From NCBI GenBank assembly GCA_965112635.1, contig OZ218778.1, forward strand, positions 1-64,000: a DNA stretch of 64,000 bases. The letters run 5' to 3'. This document shows positions 1 to 8,483 of this stretch, one piece after another. The notes under the pieces were generated by a model. That model saw nothing but the letters and a program-made list of their open reading frames with translations, was not told the DNA's origin and made no database searches. The position numbers and the translations under genes are program-made. The stretch is from an uncultured bacterium (GTDB lineage Bacteria; Oederibacteriota; Oederibacteriia; Oederibacteriales; Oederibacteriaceae). Position 1 is the stretch's first letter. Each line of letters opens with the position of its first letter.

Positions 1-19
1 GTCACCTATGAAAAAAGAA

Positions 20-183
20 GTCAAGCCAAAAGCACACCCCAAATCCGTTCAGAACCTACAAAGGGTCTCTAGTTCCATTTAAGGACTAGGAAGCCAGTCA
101 CCTATAGATGCTCAAAGGCATATGATGAAGTAGGAACCGGTGGCACAATCACATCTTTCGGATTTAGCTGAAATAATCCTCAG
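20..183 (-). ncRNA. Putative IS110 bridge/seek RNA in the downstream non-coding end
   Basis: Structured NCR (AAATCCG/CGGATTT stem, CTAGT...ACTAG hairpin) carrying internal copies of the element's own end sequences: GTCACCTAT at 97-105 equals 1-9, and ATCACATC at 148-155 equals 1349-1356. Confidence 0.5.
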
Positions 184-1230
184 CTATTCCATGACCCCGT
201 GGTGCTCGCCGGCCTTTTCCTGCCCTAAAGCTACAAGCTTAAAGGTTTCCTTACGTCTGAGCATATACCAAATGACTTCCAAAAGCTTTCGCGCCACAGC
301 AACCCTTCCCGTATTGGCTCCATGCTTGAGTCTAACCCGTTCAAATAAGTTTTTGAACCGTTGATCCTTTTTAATTATATGATGACTGTTTTCTACTAAA
401 ATCCATCTGAGCCACTTAGAACCTTGCTTTGTTAATCCACCGTGCCTTTCATTATCTGCAGATTGATAGGTTGACGGCACCAGCCCAGCGTACGAGCACA
501 ACTTTTTTGCACCTGGAAACCTGTCTATTTCTCCAATCTCACTCAAGATCAGCAGGGCAGAATAGATTCCAATCCCAGGAATACTCTGCAACCTCTGACC
601 TTCTTCACTCAGCTCGATCTGTTTATCCAGCTTTTTCTTGTTCTTCAGCAGCTCCTTGTTCACTGCGTCTATCAGTCTCAAAAAACCATTTACTTCCTCA
701 CGGTAGCTCTCTCTCAATTCAAGACCGGCTAGCCACTTACGGCCCTTCTTGCCAAAAACATCGCTCATTTCATCTTCGCGCCCATCCTTCATTAAAACCG
801 CGTGAATCTTGCACTTTAACGATGCCCTTTGGGAGACCAGGGAGGCACGGTATCTGAGAACCTCCCTCAAGTCCCTAATCTCTCTTTTGGGAATGTAAGC
901 GCTGGGCACCAAGTCGGCTCTGGATAAGTGGGCTAGAGTCGTACTGTCTATGGTGTCTGTCTTTATCCGGGCGGAGGCGATGGCTTTGACTTTCAACGGA
1001 TGCGCTAAGGTAACTAGGGGCAGATGCTTCTCTATCGTCTCGTAAAAGAACATCCAGTTTCCGGTTGCCTCTACAACAACCTTGGTATCCCTAGGATATT
1101 TCCCGAAAAAACTCTCCATCTCCTCCCGGTTGTTATTTACTCTCCTTTTCTCTAATACCTTTCCTTTATCATCCATCGCTACGACTTGACTGAACTTCTT
1201 GTGAAGATCTACCCCCAGATGTATACTCAT
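184..1230 (-). CDS. IS110 family transposase/recombinase
   Basis: N-terminal GVDLHK, VVEATG and KTDTIDS (DEDD RuvC-like domain); C-terminal LQSIPGIG...SYAGLVPSTYQS...G.L.KQGS..LRW (Transposase_20-like); SD AAGGAGG upstream. Confidence 0.95.
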   Translation of the reverse strand: MSIHLGVDLHKKFSQVVAMDDKGKVLEKRRVNNNREEMESFFGKYPRDTKVVVEATGNWMFFYETIEKHLPLVTLAHPLKVKAIASARIKTDTIDSTTLAHLSRADLVPSAYIPKREIRDLREVLRYRASLVSQRASLKCKIHAVLMKDGREDEMSDVFGKKGRKWLAGLELRESYREEVNGFLRLIDAVNKELLKNKKKLDKQIELSEEGQRLQSIPGIGIYSALLILSEIGEIDRFPGAKKLCSYAGLVPSTYQSADNERHGGLTKQGSKWLRWILVENSHHIIKKDQRFKNLFERVRLKHGANTGRVAVARKLLEVIWYMLRRKETFKLVALGQEKAGEHHGVME

Positions 1231-1235
1231 TTTTG

Positions 1236-1336
1236 CCGCACCTCCTTAAAAGATTTGTTCCAGCCTTACGGCTGAGAACCCAGGTTCCCCAAGAACTTTG
1301 GTCCTTGAGACCCAGTATATCTTTTAGGATGTGCGG
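1236..1336 (-). ncRNA. Structured upstream non-coding end of IS110; long stem covering the transposase SD
   Basis: CCGCACCTCCTTAAAAGAT (1236-1254) is nearly perfectly complementary to ATCTTTTAGGATGTGCGG (1319-1336); internal hairpin CAGCCTTACGGCTG. Confidence 0.45.
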
Positions 1337-1354
1337 TTTTCCTTTTTCATCACA

Positions 1355-2266
1355 TCAAGTCTTGAAACTTGAATCATCCCGCCTTCTCCGCTTCCTTTAG
1401 CTTCTTACTTACTAGGCTATAGTGCACTCCCAGGTGCCTTGCTATCTCCACCTGCCGGTGCCCTTCCTTCACGGCCCTCAATATCTCCTCCCCGCTCCCT
1501 TCCTTCACCATCTCCCTTAGCTCCTTTCTCCCGGGTTTCCGGTGCCCCCTCGGATGCTCTGGCTCCTCTTCCTGCTCTTTCCTTATCTTCAATCCCTTGA
1601 TGAACTGTTCGCTCCCAAAATAGATCTGCCCCGCCAGTCTTTCCCACGGACTTTCCTTCTGTCCTATCCCCTCCAGCACATATTCCTTATATTTCCCCAC
1701 CGCCTTTGTTTTGTTCTCCCCAAACTGACCCAAGACCCAGGCTGTATCTAACCACGCTAGTTTATGCCTGTATCCAACCGTTCCCCCATAACTGCTCCAC
1801 CGAAAATCCCCTGGCCTCTCCACCATTTTCGCCCTCACCGGATTTAAGACCACATACCGGCACAGTTCAAGGGCGTGGCTCCCTTTCTCCACAACAATCG
1901 CCTTGAACCGGCCCTGGAACACATGTCCCACTCTTTTAAAGTTCCGGTTGAACCACTGCGTGTAAACGCTGTTGAGATGCCTCATCCCGTGGCTCAGGTT
2001 GGGTTCCAGGGTTTCAATGATGAGGTGATAGTGGTTGTCCATCAGGCAATAGGCATGGCATCTCCAGGTAAAACGCAATAGCGTCTGGCCCAATATCTCC
2101 AGGAACTTCTTGCGGCTCTCCCGGTCAAGGTATACTTTTTGCCGTCCGTTTCCCCGTCCCGTTATATGGTAAACGGCTCCTTGATATTGCAGTCTCAGCG
2201 CCCTGGCCATAGTGCCATCAATATATCAATATCAACCTTGTTTTTCAAGTTTCAAGACTTGACCCC
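1355..2266 (-). mobile_element. RAYT/TnpA-REP-like element bounded by inverted ends
   Basis: TCAAGTCTTGAAACTTGAA (1355-1373) is the reverse complement of TTCAAGTTTCAAGACTTGA(CCCC) (2244-2266); the two ends enclose a Y1 transposase gene. Confidence 0.75.
1374..2210 (-). CDS. REP-associated tyrosine transposase (HUH Y1, IS200-like) with C-terminal HTH
   Basis: MARALR..YHITGRGN, AYCLMDNHYHL (HUH), GHVFQGRFK, Y(VV)LNPVRA, WSSY; C-terminal HTH RQVEIARHLGVHYSLVS. Confidence 0.92.
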   Translation of the reverse strand: MARALRLQYQGAVYHITGRGNGRQKVYLDRESRKKFLEILGQTLLRFTWRCHAYCLMDNHYHLIIETLEPNLSHGMRHLNSVYTQWFNRNFKRVGHVFQGRFKAIVVEKGSHALELCRYVVLNPVRAKMVERPGDFRWSSYGGTVGYRHKLAWLDTAWVLGQFGENKTKAVGKYKEYVLEGIGQKESPWERLAGQIYFGSEQFIKGLKIRKEQEEEPEHPRGHRKPGRKELREMVKEGSGEEILRAVKEGHRQVEIARHLGVHYSLVSKKLKEAEKAG

Positions 2267-2272
2267 GTTTTG

Positions 2273-2445
2273 CAGGAACTTCTTGCGGCTCTCCCGGTCA
2301 AGGTATACTTTTTGCCGTCCGTTTCCCCTTCCCGTTATATGGTAAACGGCTCCTTGATATTGCAGTCTCAGCGCTCTTGCCATAGTGCCATCAATATATC
2401 AATATCAACCTTGTTTTTCAAGTTTCAAGACTTGACCCCGTTTTG
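2273..2445 (-). pseudogene. Truncated second RAYT copy (first ~37 codons plus end motif)
   Basis: 173-bp near-identical repeat of 2100-2272 with three substitutions, all synonymous in the RAYT frame; followed by an 11-bp duplication TGACCCCGTTT. Confidence 0.8.
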
Positions 2446-2763
2446 ACCCCGTTTTGCGGTATTATCAGCGTGCTTTTGTCCATCCTTGCTTAGCCGGTGG
2501 AATTCCACGACATCAGCCATGCCGGTCAGACCATATTCCAGCGACCGGAGCCGCAGACCCCGCACGATCCGCGCATCTACGCGAGACTCGGTTTCAGCGT
2601 CATGGGCCCTATCATGCAAAATACGCCCCTCGGCCGTCAGCCGGTTCTCCGTCCAGACACCCTCCAGATGGATCAGCCCCCACTGCCTCTCGCAAAACAC
2701 GAAGTGCTGAAGGGCCGATATGGGCAGCAGATCATCCTCGTCAAACACCGCCTCGGCCCCCAT
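2425..2763 (-). pseudogene. cas4: cas4 (type I-C-like), 5' half only, truncated at the RAYT end motif
   Basis: [44 protein letters not shown]...LRS..YGLTGMADVVEF. Lacks the PVEYK motif and the C-terminal cysteine cluster; the ORF runs into GGGGTCAAGTCTTGA. Confidence 0.85.
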
Positions 2764-4000
2764 ATCCGTTGATGATCGCGTCCAGCGCCCAGGGAAAGAC
2801 GGCGCGCGTGTCCTGAACTCGTTTGTCCAGACAACAAACATAACAAGCGGGACTTTTATACTGTTTTTTAAAATATTCGGCCTGCTCAAGATGCTTGTCC
2901 AGGCACAGCGTCTTTGCCTCGACCGGCACGGTCTCGCCCCGCGCCGGAAAATGCAGGATAAAATCAACCTCCCTGCCCTTGATCAGCCGCCAAAAATAGA
3001 CGTCCGTGGCCGGCATGTTCCGGCGCAGCTGCCCGAACACGCTCGCCTCAAACAACTGGCCGGTCACGGAACGGGAAAACGTCTTGTTCACCAGCAGATT
3101 CAACATTCCCGTATCCTCAAAATAGATCTTGGGCATCTTGGTCAGTTCGCTCCGCATGTTTTTATGGAACGGACGCACGGTTTTCACGATATAGGTGCTC
3201 TCCAGGATGAACAGGTATTCCTCGACCGTGGGTCTGGTCAGCCCCAGCGAACCGCCGATCTCCACGACGCTGACCAGCCCTCCGGACTGGGCGGCAAGCA
3301 TCTGCAAAAGACCGTTGAATTTGGCGATATTGCGGATCGCCGCGATATCCCTGATGTCCTTCTGCACGTACGCGCTGACGATCTGTTTCAACTTCGCCTC
3401 TTTTTTCTCGACCGCGTCGGCGAGGACGATGGCGGGATACCCCCCGAAAAGGACGTACTCTTCGTAGAGCGGCCTAAGCTCCAGGACCGCCGCGTCCGCG
3501 TCCGCGCCCGCGAGGGCGAAGCGGGCACCCTTGAACTCCAGGAACTCCCTGAAGTCCAGGGTGAACAGCTCGAAATCCATGATCCTGCCGGCCAGGGAAT
3601 CCTTGAATTTCCGCTTGATGTCAAAACTGGACGACCCGCTGACGATGAGCTTGACTCCCGGGGCGTAGCGGTCATGGAACAGTTTGAGGAACGCCGCGGG
3701 ATCTGCCAGATACTGCACCTCGTCAATAAGCAGAAATATTCTTTTGGAAAGATCGGCGCCTTTGGCTTTTAAATACCTGAGGGCCTCATCCGCCCCCTTG
3801 TTGCAAACGTCCAACAGGACGAAATCTTCCAGGTCAAAATAAAAAATATTCCCAGGGACGGTCAGGGCCGGTAAATGATGCTCCATGAGGTAATGCAGCA
3901 GGGAAGTCTTTCCCACCTGTCGTGAACCATGAACCGCGATAATTTCCTTTTCCCCGATAAAAGGAAGTATTTTCTCGATCAACTGACGCTTAAAGAGCAT
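2741..4000 (-). CDS. AAA+ ATPase (AAA_14 plus DUF4143-type C-terminal domain)
   Basis: Walker A GSRQVGKT, Walker B IDEVQ, SGSS, SLAGR, GGYP, PKIYFEDTG, FE, EVDF..PVEAK. Confidence 0.9.
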   Translation of the reverse strand: MLFKRQLIEKILPFIGEKEIIAVHGSRQVGKTSLLHYLMEHHLPALTVPGNIFYFDLEDFVLLDVCNKGADEALRYLKAKGADLSKRIFLLIDEVQYLADPAAFLKLFHDRYAPGVKLIVSGSSSFDIKRKFKDSLAGRIMDFELFTLDFREFLEFKGARFALAGADADAAVLELRPLYEEYVLFGGYPAIVLADAVEKKEAKLKQIVSAYVQKDIRDIAAIRNIAKFNGLLQMLAAQSGGLVSVVEIGGSLGLTRPTVEEYLFILESTYIVKTVRPFHKNMRSELTKMPKIYFEDTGMLNLLVNKTFSRSVTGQLFEASVFGQLRRNMPATDVYFWRLIKGREVDFILHFPARGETVPVEAKTLCLDKHLEQAEYFKKQYKSPACYVCCLDKRVQDTRAVFPWALDAIINGYGGRGGV

Positions 4001-4145
4001 AAATACCCGCCTTTTTCACCTTTTTGTATGCAGTAAACAACTACCATACATTTTATTCCATTAAATGTTAATTACAAGATACAATTTATGAAATAATCAA
4101 AAACACCCATAATTTCAAAGGCTTTTGCCATGAAGAAAATACACT

Positions 4146-4259
4146 CCCGTCAGCCGGTTCTCCGTCCAGATGCCTTCCAGATGGATCAGCCCCCACTGCC
4201 ACTCACAAAACACAAAGTGCTGGAGGGCTGATATGGGCAGTAAATCATCTTCGTCAAAA
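4146..4259 (-). pseudogene. cas4: Second cas4 5' fragment
   Basis: Minus-strand translation [37 protein letters not shown], a diverged copy of about 2635-2746; not present in the ORF track. Confidence 0.8.
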
Positions 4260-4261
4260 AC

Positions 4262-4403
4262 TGGCACAGTCGGTCTCACGCATTTTCCCGTCAGGAGCGA
4301 TTAATTTCAACCCGTGACAAAATGTCACGACCTCGCTTCCTTCTTGTTTTAGCCTTTGCTTCAGTTTCCTCCAATACGCCCCGCATATGTCAGTGACTGA
4401 AAA
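4262..4403 (-). pseudogene. Bro-N / phage antirepressor-like gene fragment
   Basis: [46 protein letters not shown] resembles the Bro-N family; internally deleted and lacking a proper start. Confidence 0.7.
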
Positions 4404-4428
4404 CGTGCATTTCATATAAGAAATTCGG

Positions 4429-4494
4429 GGGGTCAGGTCTTTCTTTAATGGTTTTTGAAGTTTAAAAAAAGTGGCCAATCAAAACCTGGCCCCC
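4429..4494. repeat. REP/REPIN-like unit (GGGGTCAGGTCTT...AAAACCTGGCCCC) between 46-bp direct repeats
   Basis: Inverted ends related to the RAYT ends around an AT-rich spacer; exact direct repeat at 4356-4401 and 4497-4542. Confidence 0.65.
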
Positions 4495-4560
4495 TATTGC
4501 TTCAGTTTCCTCCAATACGCCCCGCATATGTCAGTGACTGAACTCGTGTTCATAAAACCT

Positions 4561-5202
4561 CTATTTTTTGTTTTTATATGAAAGGTGCGCTTTATTTTGT
4601 TGATCCTGAAGAATTTTTATCCTTTGATTGAAATCACCTATTTTCTTTGTGACCTCTTGATCACTTAAATTCACAAAAAGACGTTTGGTTAACCCATATT
4701 GCCGTAGTGTTTTTATTGGCTTTTTTAGAGATTCATTCATCTCTTGTTCATTTTCAAAATCACTTAACGAATACTCCTCGAATGCCCACTGATAAAATAT
4801 TTTTTCCTTTTCGGGCGTTAGTTTATTTTGTAGGGTCCTACTCAACTCTTTCCTTTTGGGAAGCAAAGATTTGAATGGTTCTTCCGTCTCCATGTAATTA
4901 CTGTGTTTATTTAATTCTTTTTGTAATTTGGACAATTGGCATAATATTGCGATGTCCTTGGAGGAAAAACCAACAAGAGATTTCAAGGGATCCAATACCG
5001 TCGTATTATCATGGATATCAAGAAAAGTGAAAAATGGTAGAAAATAAATTGCTCTTTCAAAATCAGTGGACCAGGGCTGATCTGGAATTACAGCGGCAGG
5101 GTTCACGGGAGAAGGAGTTAGATCTTGTTTCACTTTGGACTGTTGCCCCCCCGCAAACAACTTTTGTCTTGCGCCTATTGGCATAAGTACGCAAGCAAGC
5201 AA
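4561..5202 (-). CDS. Hypothetical low-GC protein; 5' part possibly spurious
   Basis: 213-aa ORF, AT-rich, no recognisable motif. The QDLTP peptide near its start is a translated degenerate REP end (5114-5127). Confidence 0.4.
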   Translation of the reverse strand: MLACVLMPIGARQKLFAGGQQSKVKQDLTPSPVNPAAVIPDQPWSTDFERAIYFLPFFTFLDIHDNTTVLDPLKSLVGFSSKDIAILCQLSKLQKELNKHSNYMETEEPFKSLLPKRKELSRTLQNKLTPEKEKIFYQWAFEEYSLSDFENEQEMNESLKKPIKTLRQYGLTKRLFVNLSDQEVTKKIGDFNQRIKILQDQQNKAHLSYKNKK

Positions 5203-5332
5203 GCAAGCAGTTTCGGAATGCTTTTTTGTATATAAATATTTTAACTAGCATTTGCCTTTCCTCCCTCATTTAAATTTATTTCGAGAACTCACTGATTGGG
5301 GTCTTGATAATTGACATGCTGCGTTCGCCCAT

Positions 5333-5707
5333 CTACCGGACCACCTTGAGGCCCTTGTCGCTCCATCCCGTAAAGCCGCCTTCCATTTCCATCACCGGAT
5401 AGCCCATCTTGGCGAAATGGATGCAAGCCTTGGGGGCCAGATGGCAGGTATAGTCGTAGCAGTACAGGACGTTCACTTTGCGTTTGGAAAGGTACTGGGA
5501 ATGCTGGCTCCATTTGTCCCTGGGAAAATTGATCGCTCCGGGCACATGACCTTTGCCAAAAGTCTTGGGGTCGCGCAGGTCCAGGACATTGGCTGAACCT
5601 TGTTCGAGCCAGGTTTCCACATCCGTGGGTCCGGCTACATATTTAAGCTTGGTCTCAAAATATTTGATGGCCCCTTTGGGATTGGGCAGTTTCGCTTTTG
5701 TCGGCAT
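5333..5707 (-). CDS. Rhodanese-like domain protein
   Basis: VLDLR...F.KGHVPGAINFP, VLYCY..C, MEGGF.GW; SD GAGGAG. Confidence 0.88.
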   Translation of the reverse strand: MPTKAKLPNPKGAIKYFETKLKYVAGPTDVETWLEQGSANVLDLRDPKTFGKGHVPGAINFPRDKWSQHSQYLSKRKVNVLYCYDYTCHLAPKACIHFAKMGYPVMEMEGGFTGWSDKGLKVVR

Positions 5708-5859
5708 AAACTCCTCCTCGTTTGAATCATTTCCTTCCTGATATTAGTTTACACCTTTTAAAGACCTTTCCATACGTTCCTGCTGAGGCAGCCCGGGATG
5801 CCATTTAACCATTCAGCCAACTTACGCTGGCTGACCAAATCAATTTGCATGGGCTACAC

Positions 5860-5891
5860 TTGCAAATGCACATAATTATGTCATAATTATG
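5860..5891 (+). promoter_or_regulatory. Toxin-antitoxin promoter with tandem palindromic operators
   Basis: TTGCAA (-35-like) followed by CATAATTATG twice (5871-5880, 5882-5891), immediately before the toxin ATG. Confidence 0.6.
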
Positions 5892-5893
5892 CT

Positions 5894-6181
5894 ATGAGAT
5901 ACGGCATTCACTTGCAGCCTGAAGCTGTGAAAGACCTCGATAAGCGCAGAAAATTTGACGCCAAACAAATCCTGGACGCCATGGAAGAGCATCTCCGTCA
6001 CGGAGCGGAGCAAGTCAGCCGGTCCAGGATCAAGCGTTTGAGAGGTAAACAGCACGCTGATTACCGCCTGCTGGTTGGAAATTTCAGGGTTTTTTACACT
6101 GTGGAAGGACCGCAGGTCAGGGTTTTGCGGATCTTATCAAAAGAGGAAACACATTCTTTCTATCTGAAGGAGGATCGGTAA
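5894..6181 (+). CDS. Type II toxin, RelE/ParE family
   Basis: 95 aa, basic; A.KDL..., IKRLRG...YRL.VGNFRVFY.V. Confidence 0.85.
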   Translation: MRYGIHLQPEAVKDLDKRRKFDAKQILDAMEEHLRHGAEQVSRSRIKRLRGKQHADYRLLVGNFRVFYTVEGPQVRVLRILSKEETHSFYLKEDR

Positions 6182-6183
6182 CC

Positions 6184-6429
6184 ATGAAAATAGCCACTCT
6201 TGCAGAGGTCAGGAACCATTTCTCCCAATATATCGCTGAGAGCGGGAAGGAACCTATTTTTATCACCCGCAATGGTCATATTACGGCAGTGATGGAACAC
6301 CTCGCCGAAGAAAATATCGAGGACTTTCTCCTGGAACATAACGCGAAGTTCCGTAAAGCACTTGACCGCTCCCGGAAAAGCCGCGGCGGCATGGACCTGG
6401 AAACATACAGGAAAAGCAGGGACATATAA
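6184..6429 (+). CDS. Type II antitoxin, Phd/YefM family
   Basis: LAEVRNHFSQYI....EPIFITRNG...AVM. Confidence 0.85.
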   Translation: MKIATLAEVRNHFSQYIAESGKEPIFITRNGHITAVMEHLAEENIEDFLLEHNAKFRKALDRSRKSRGGMDLETYRKSRDI

Positions 6430-6488
6430 CACTCGCCAAACGCGCGCAGAGCGTCTGCCCGTGGGGGACCCACCTTCCTGATTTAATT

Positions 6489-7574
6489 TTACACCTTTTT
6501 CACTGGGCTTTTCAGCAATGCTTTGCAAATGGTCTGCTCTGCCGAGCCCAGGGGATAACGGCTCAGGCCGCTAAAAGCCACCCAGCAGCCTGACCTGATC
6601 TTTGGGGCTGTGCCTGACAGACCGCATCTGAACGCCTGGACATGTATCTTAAAGCGCATGATGGAATGGGTAAAATCAGCTATCCTGCCCATAACCTTTA
6701 TATTTACCCCGAATTCCTCTCTAAAATAGCCCTGCAACGCTCTTGTTTGGCTTTGCCTCCCCAATACTTCGGTCCCGGGAAACTCCCATAATCCCCTCAA
6801 TTTGCCCTGCTTCCTTTGTCTCAGTAAAACCTTCCCTAGCTGGGCCAGTACTCCAACCGCTCTTTCCAGACGCTCCGTAGGTTTCCTGGCCGGCAGTTGC
6901 GGCAGGCGTTCTGGCGAACCTTCTCTGCGGGCGACGCACACCTTGGCCCAAGGACATGCCGGACAATCCGGGATGCGCGGCAGGCAAACCAAGGCGCCCA
7001 GCTCCATCAAAGCCTGGTTAAAATCTCCCGGCCTTTTTTTATCCAGAATTTCCTGCGCTATCCCCCTCAGCTTTTGTTTGAGGGGTGAGGATAACGGGTC
7101 TCCAGCCAGGCCAAACAACCGGCAAAGCACCCGGATGACATTGCCGTCCACCACGGCAACAGGTTCCCCAAAGGCAATGCTGGCCATGGCCGCGGCTGTA
7201 TAATCGCCGACCCCGGGGAGTTTTTTGATATCCGCAAAAATTCTTGGGAACTTAGCCCCGCGGTCATTGACTATTTCCTTGGCGGCTTCCTGCAAATGGA
7301 CTGCCCGTCTGTAATATCCCAGGCCGGCCCAGTATTTCATCACTTCCCTGGAACTGGCCCTGGCCAAGACTGCCAAAGTCGGGAACCTGCGGATGAATTT
7401 TTGGTAATAAGGGATAACGGTTTTGACCTGGGTTTGCTGGAGCATGATCTCGGAAACTAAAATCCTGTAGGGAACTTTGGTCTTGCGCCAGGCCAAGTCC
7501 CTCTTGTGGCTGGAATACCAGAGTAAAAGCCTGCGCCTCAACCAGGATACATCCATGGGATCAAGGGGTGTCAA
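6489..7574 (-). CDS. mutY: A/G-specific adenine glycosylase MutY (start may be ATG 7556)
   Basis: VSEIMLQQTQV, WAGLGYYRRA, LPGVGDYTA (HhH), VDGNV.RV, FNQALMELGA, C-X6-C-X2-C-X5-C, NUDIX-like C-terminal GLWEFPG. Confidence 0.96.
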   Translation of the reverse strand: MTPLDPMDVSWLRRRLLLWYSSHKRDLAWRKTKVPYRILVSEIMLQQTQVKTVIPYYQKFIRRFPTLAVLARASSREVMKYWAGLGYYRRAVHLQEAAKEIVNDRGAKFPRIFADIKKLPGVGDYTAAAMASIAFGEPVAVVDGNVIRVLCRLFGLAGDPLSSPLKQKLRGIAQEILDKKRPGDFNQALMELGALVCLPRIPDCPACPWAKVCVARREGSPERLPQLPARKPTERLERAVGVLAQLGKVLLRQRKQGKLRGLWEFPGTEVLGRQSQTRALQGYFREEFGVNIKVMGRIADFTHSIMRFKIHVQAFRCGLSGTAPKIRSGCWVAFSGLSRYPLGSAEQTICKALLKSPVKKV

Positions 7575-8394
7575 AACTGCGTATCCTGGCCACGACCTGC
7601 TGGATAAGGTAATCCGGAGTGGAAGTGCCGGCCGTGATGCCGACCTTTTTTTTGCCTTCGAACCAGGATTGGGTCAGCTCTTCGGCGGTCTCGATATGGT
7701 AGGAACTGCCTTTCAAATACTTTTCGCAGACTTGCATGAGCTTGTTGGTGTTGCTGGAATTGCGGCCGCCGATGACGATCATCACTTCCACCTGTTTGGC
7801 CAGGTCCTCCGCGGCGTTCTGGCGGTCCTGGGTGGGCTTGCAAATGGTGTTGATGGCAATCAGGTTGGGGAACCTTTTTTTCAATTTATCCGTGAAATAG
7901 GTGAACTTTTCCTGCAGCAGGGTGGACTGGCAGATGACCCCTAACCGGATGCCGTCCGGGATCCTGGTCAGGTCCTCGTCCCGGTAAACGATATAGGGCG
8001 CTTTCATCCTGCTGGCTATGCCTTTGACCTCCACATGCTCCGGGTCGCCGATGATGACCACATGACAGCCTTTTTCCTCCAGGGCCCAGCCTTCCCTGTA
8101 TATCTTGACCACGAGCGGGCAGGTCGTGTCTATGATCTGGAGGTTTCTATCCTTCATTTCCTCTAGCTTCTTCACATCCAGACCGTGGGCGGTGATAAAG
8201 ATCTGGTTGCCCTGGAGCTCATCCAAATCATTGATGATCTTTTTGCCGGCTTCGTCCAATCTTTTCACTTCCTGGGGATTGTGGATGAGCGAGCCGTAAA
8301 TAAAGGCCTGGCGATACTCCTCGGCCTTTTCAATGGCCTTCTTGACCCCGAAACAAAACCCGACGCTGTTGGCTAAAATGATTTCCCGGCGCAT
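7561..8394 (-). CDS. ispH: 4-hydroxy-3-methylbut-2-enyl diphosphate reductase
   Basis: GFCFGV, LIHNP, AHG, DTTCPLV, H.EV.G, QST, NTICKPT..RQ, SSNT.KL, GITAGTSTP; ATG 8394 follows SD AAGGAG. Confidence 0.96.
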   Translation of the reverse strand: MRREIILANSVGFCFGVKKAIEKAEEYRQAFIYGSLIHNPQEVKRLDEAGKKIINDLDELQGNQIFITAHGLDVKKLEEMKDRNLQIIDTTCPLVVKIYREGWALEEKGCHVVIIGDPEHVEVKGIASRMKAPYIVYRDEDLTRIPDGIRLGVICQSTLLQEKFTYFTDKLKKRFPNLIAINTICKPTQDRQNAAEDLAKQVEVMIVIGGRNSSNTNKLMQVCEKYLKGSSYHIETAEELTQSWFEGKKKVGITAGTSTPDYLIQQVVARIRSFDTP

Positions 8395-8419
8395 GCTGCC
8401 TCTCCTTGAATTTCCTAAC

Positions 8420-8450
8420 AAAAAAGGGCGGCCTTTTGACCGCCCTTTTT
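8420..8450 (-). terminator. Rho-independent terminator-like hairpin after the ferredoxin gene
   Basis: AAAAAGGGCGG-loop-CCGCCCTTTTT with A/T runs on both sides. Confidence 0.7.
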
Positions 8451-8483
8451 AATCTCTGCTAAATCCGTTCCCGGCTCGCCTGG

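Larger units (their letters stand above)
2..1357 (-). mobile_element. Complete IS110-family insertion sequence (IS1111-like, with sub-terminal inverted repeats)
   Basis: Contains a DEDD transposase ORF. Sub-terminal IRs are ATGAAAAAAGAA (8-19) and TTCCTTTTTCAT (1339-1350), each 3-4 nt inside a shared TCA core (2-4 and 1355-1357). The flanks rejoin to GTCAAGTCTTGAAAC, which is the RAYT end sequence. Confidence 0.8.

Noticed and set aside
2764-2967. N-terminal extension of the cas4 ORF in the ORF track
   Set aside because: Overlaps the ATPase 3' end; Cas4 similarity starts only at ATG 2763.
2720-3772. 350-aa plus-strand ORF
   Set aside because: Antisense to the well-supported AAA ATPase.
2100-4545. 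Possible CRISPR array near the cas4 fragments
   Set aside because: Only two-copy duplications (173 bp and 46 bp) are present; there are no regularly spaced repeats with unique spacers.
5191-5209. (GCAA)4 microsatellite as a phase-variation tract
   Set aside because: Too short, and it lies in a doubtful ORF start region.
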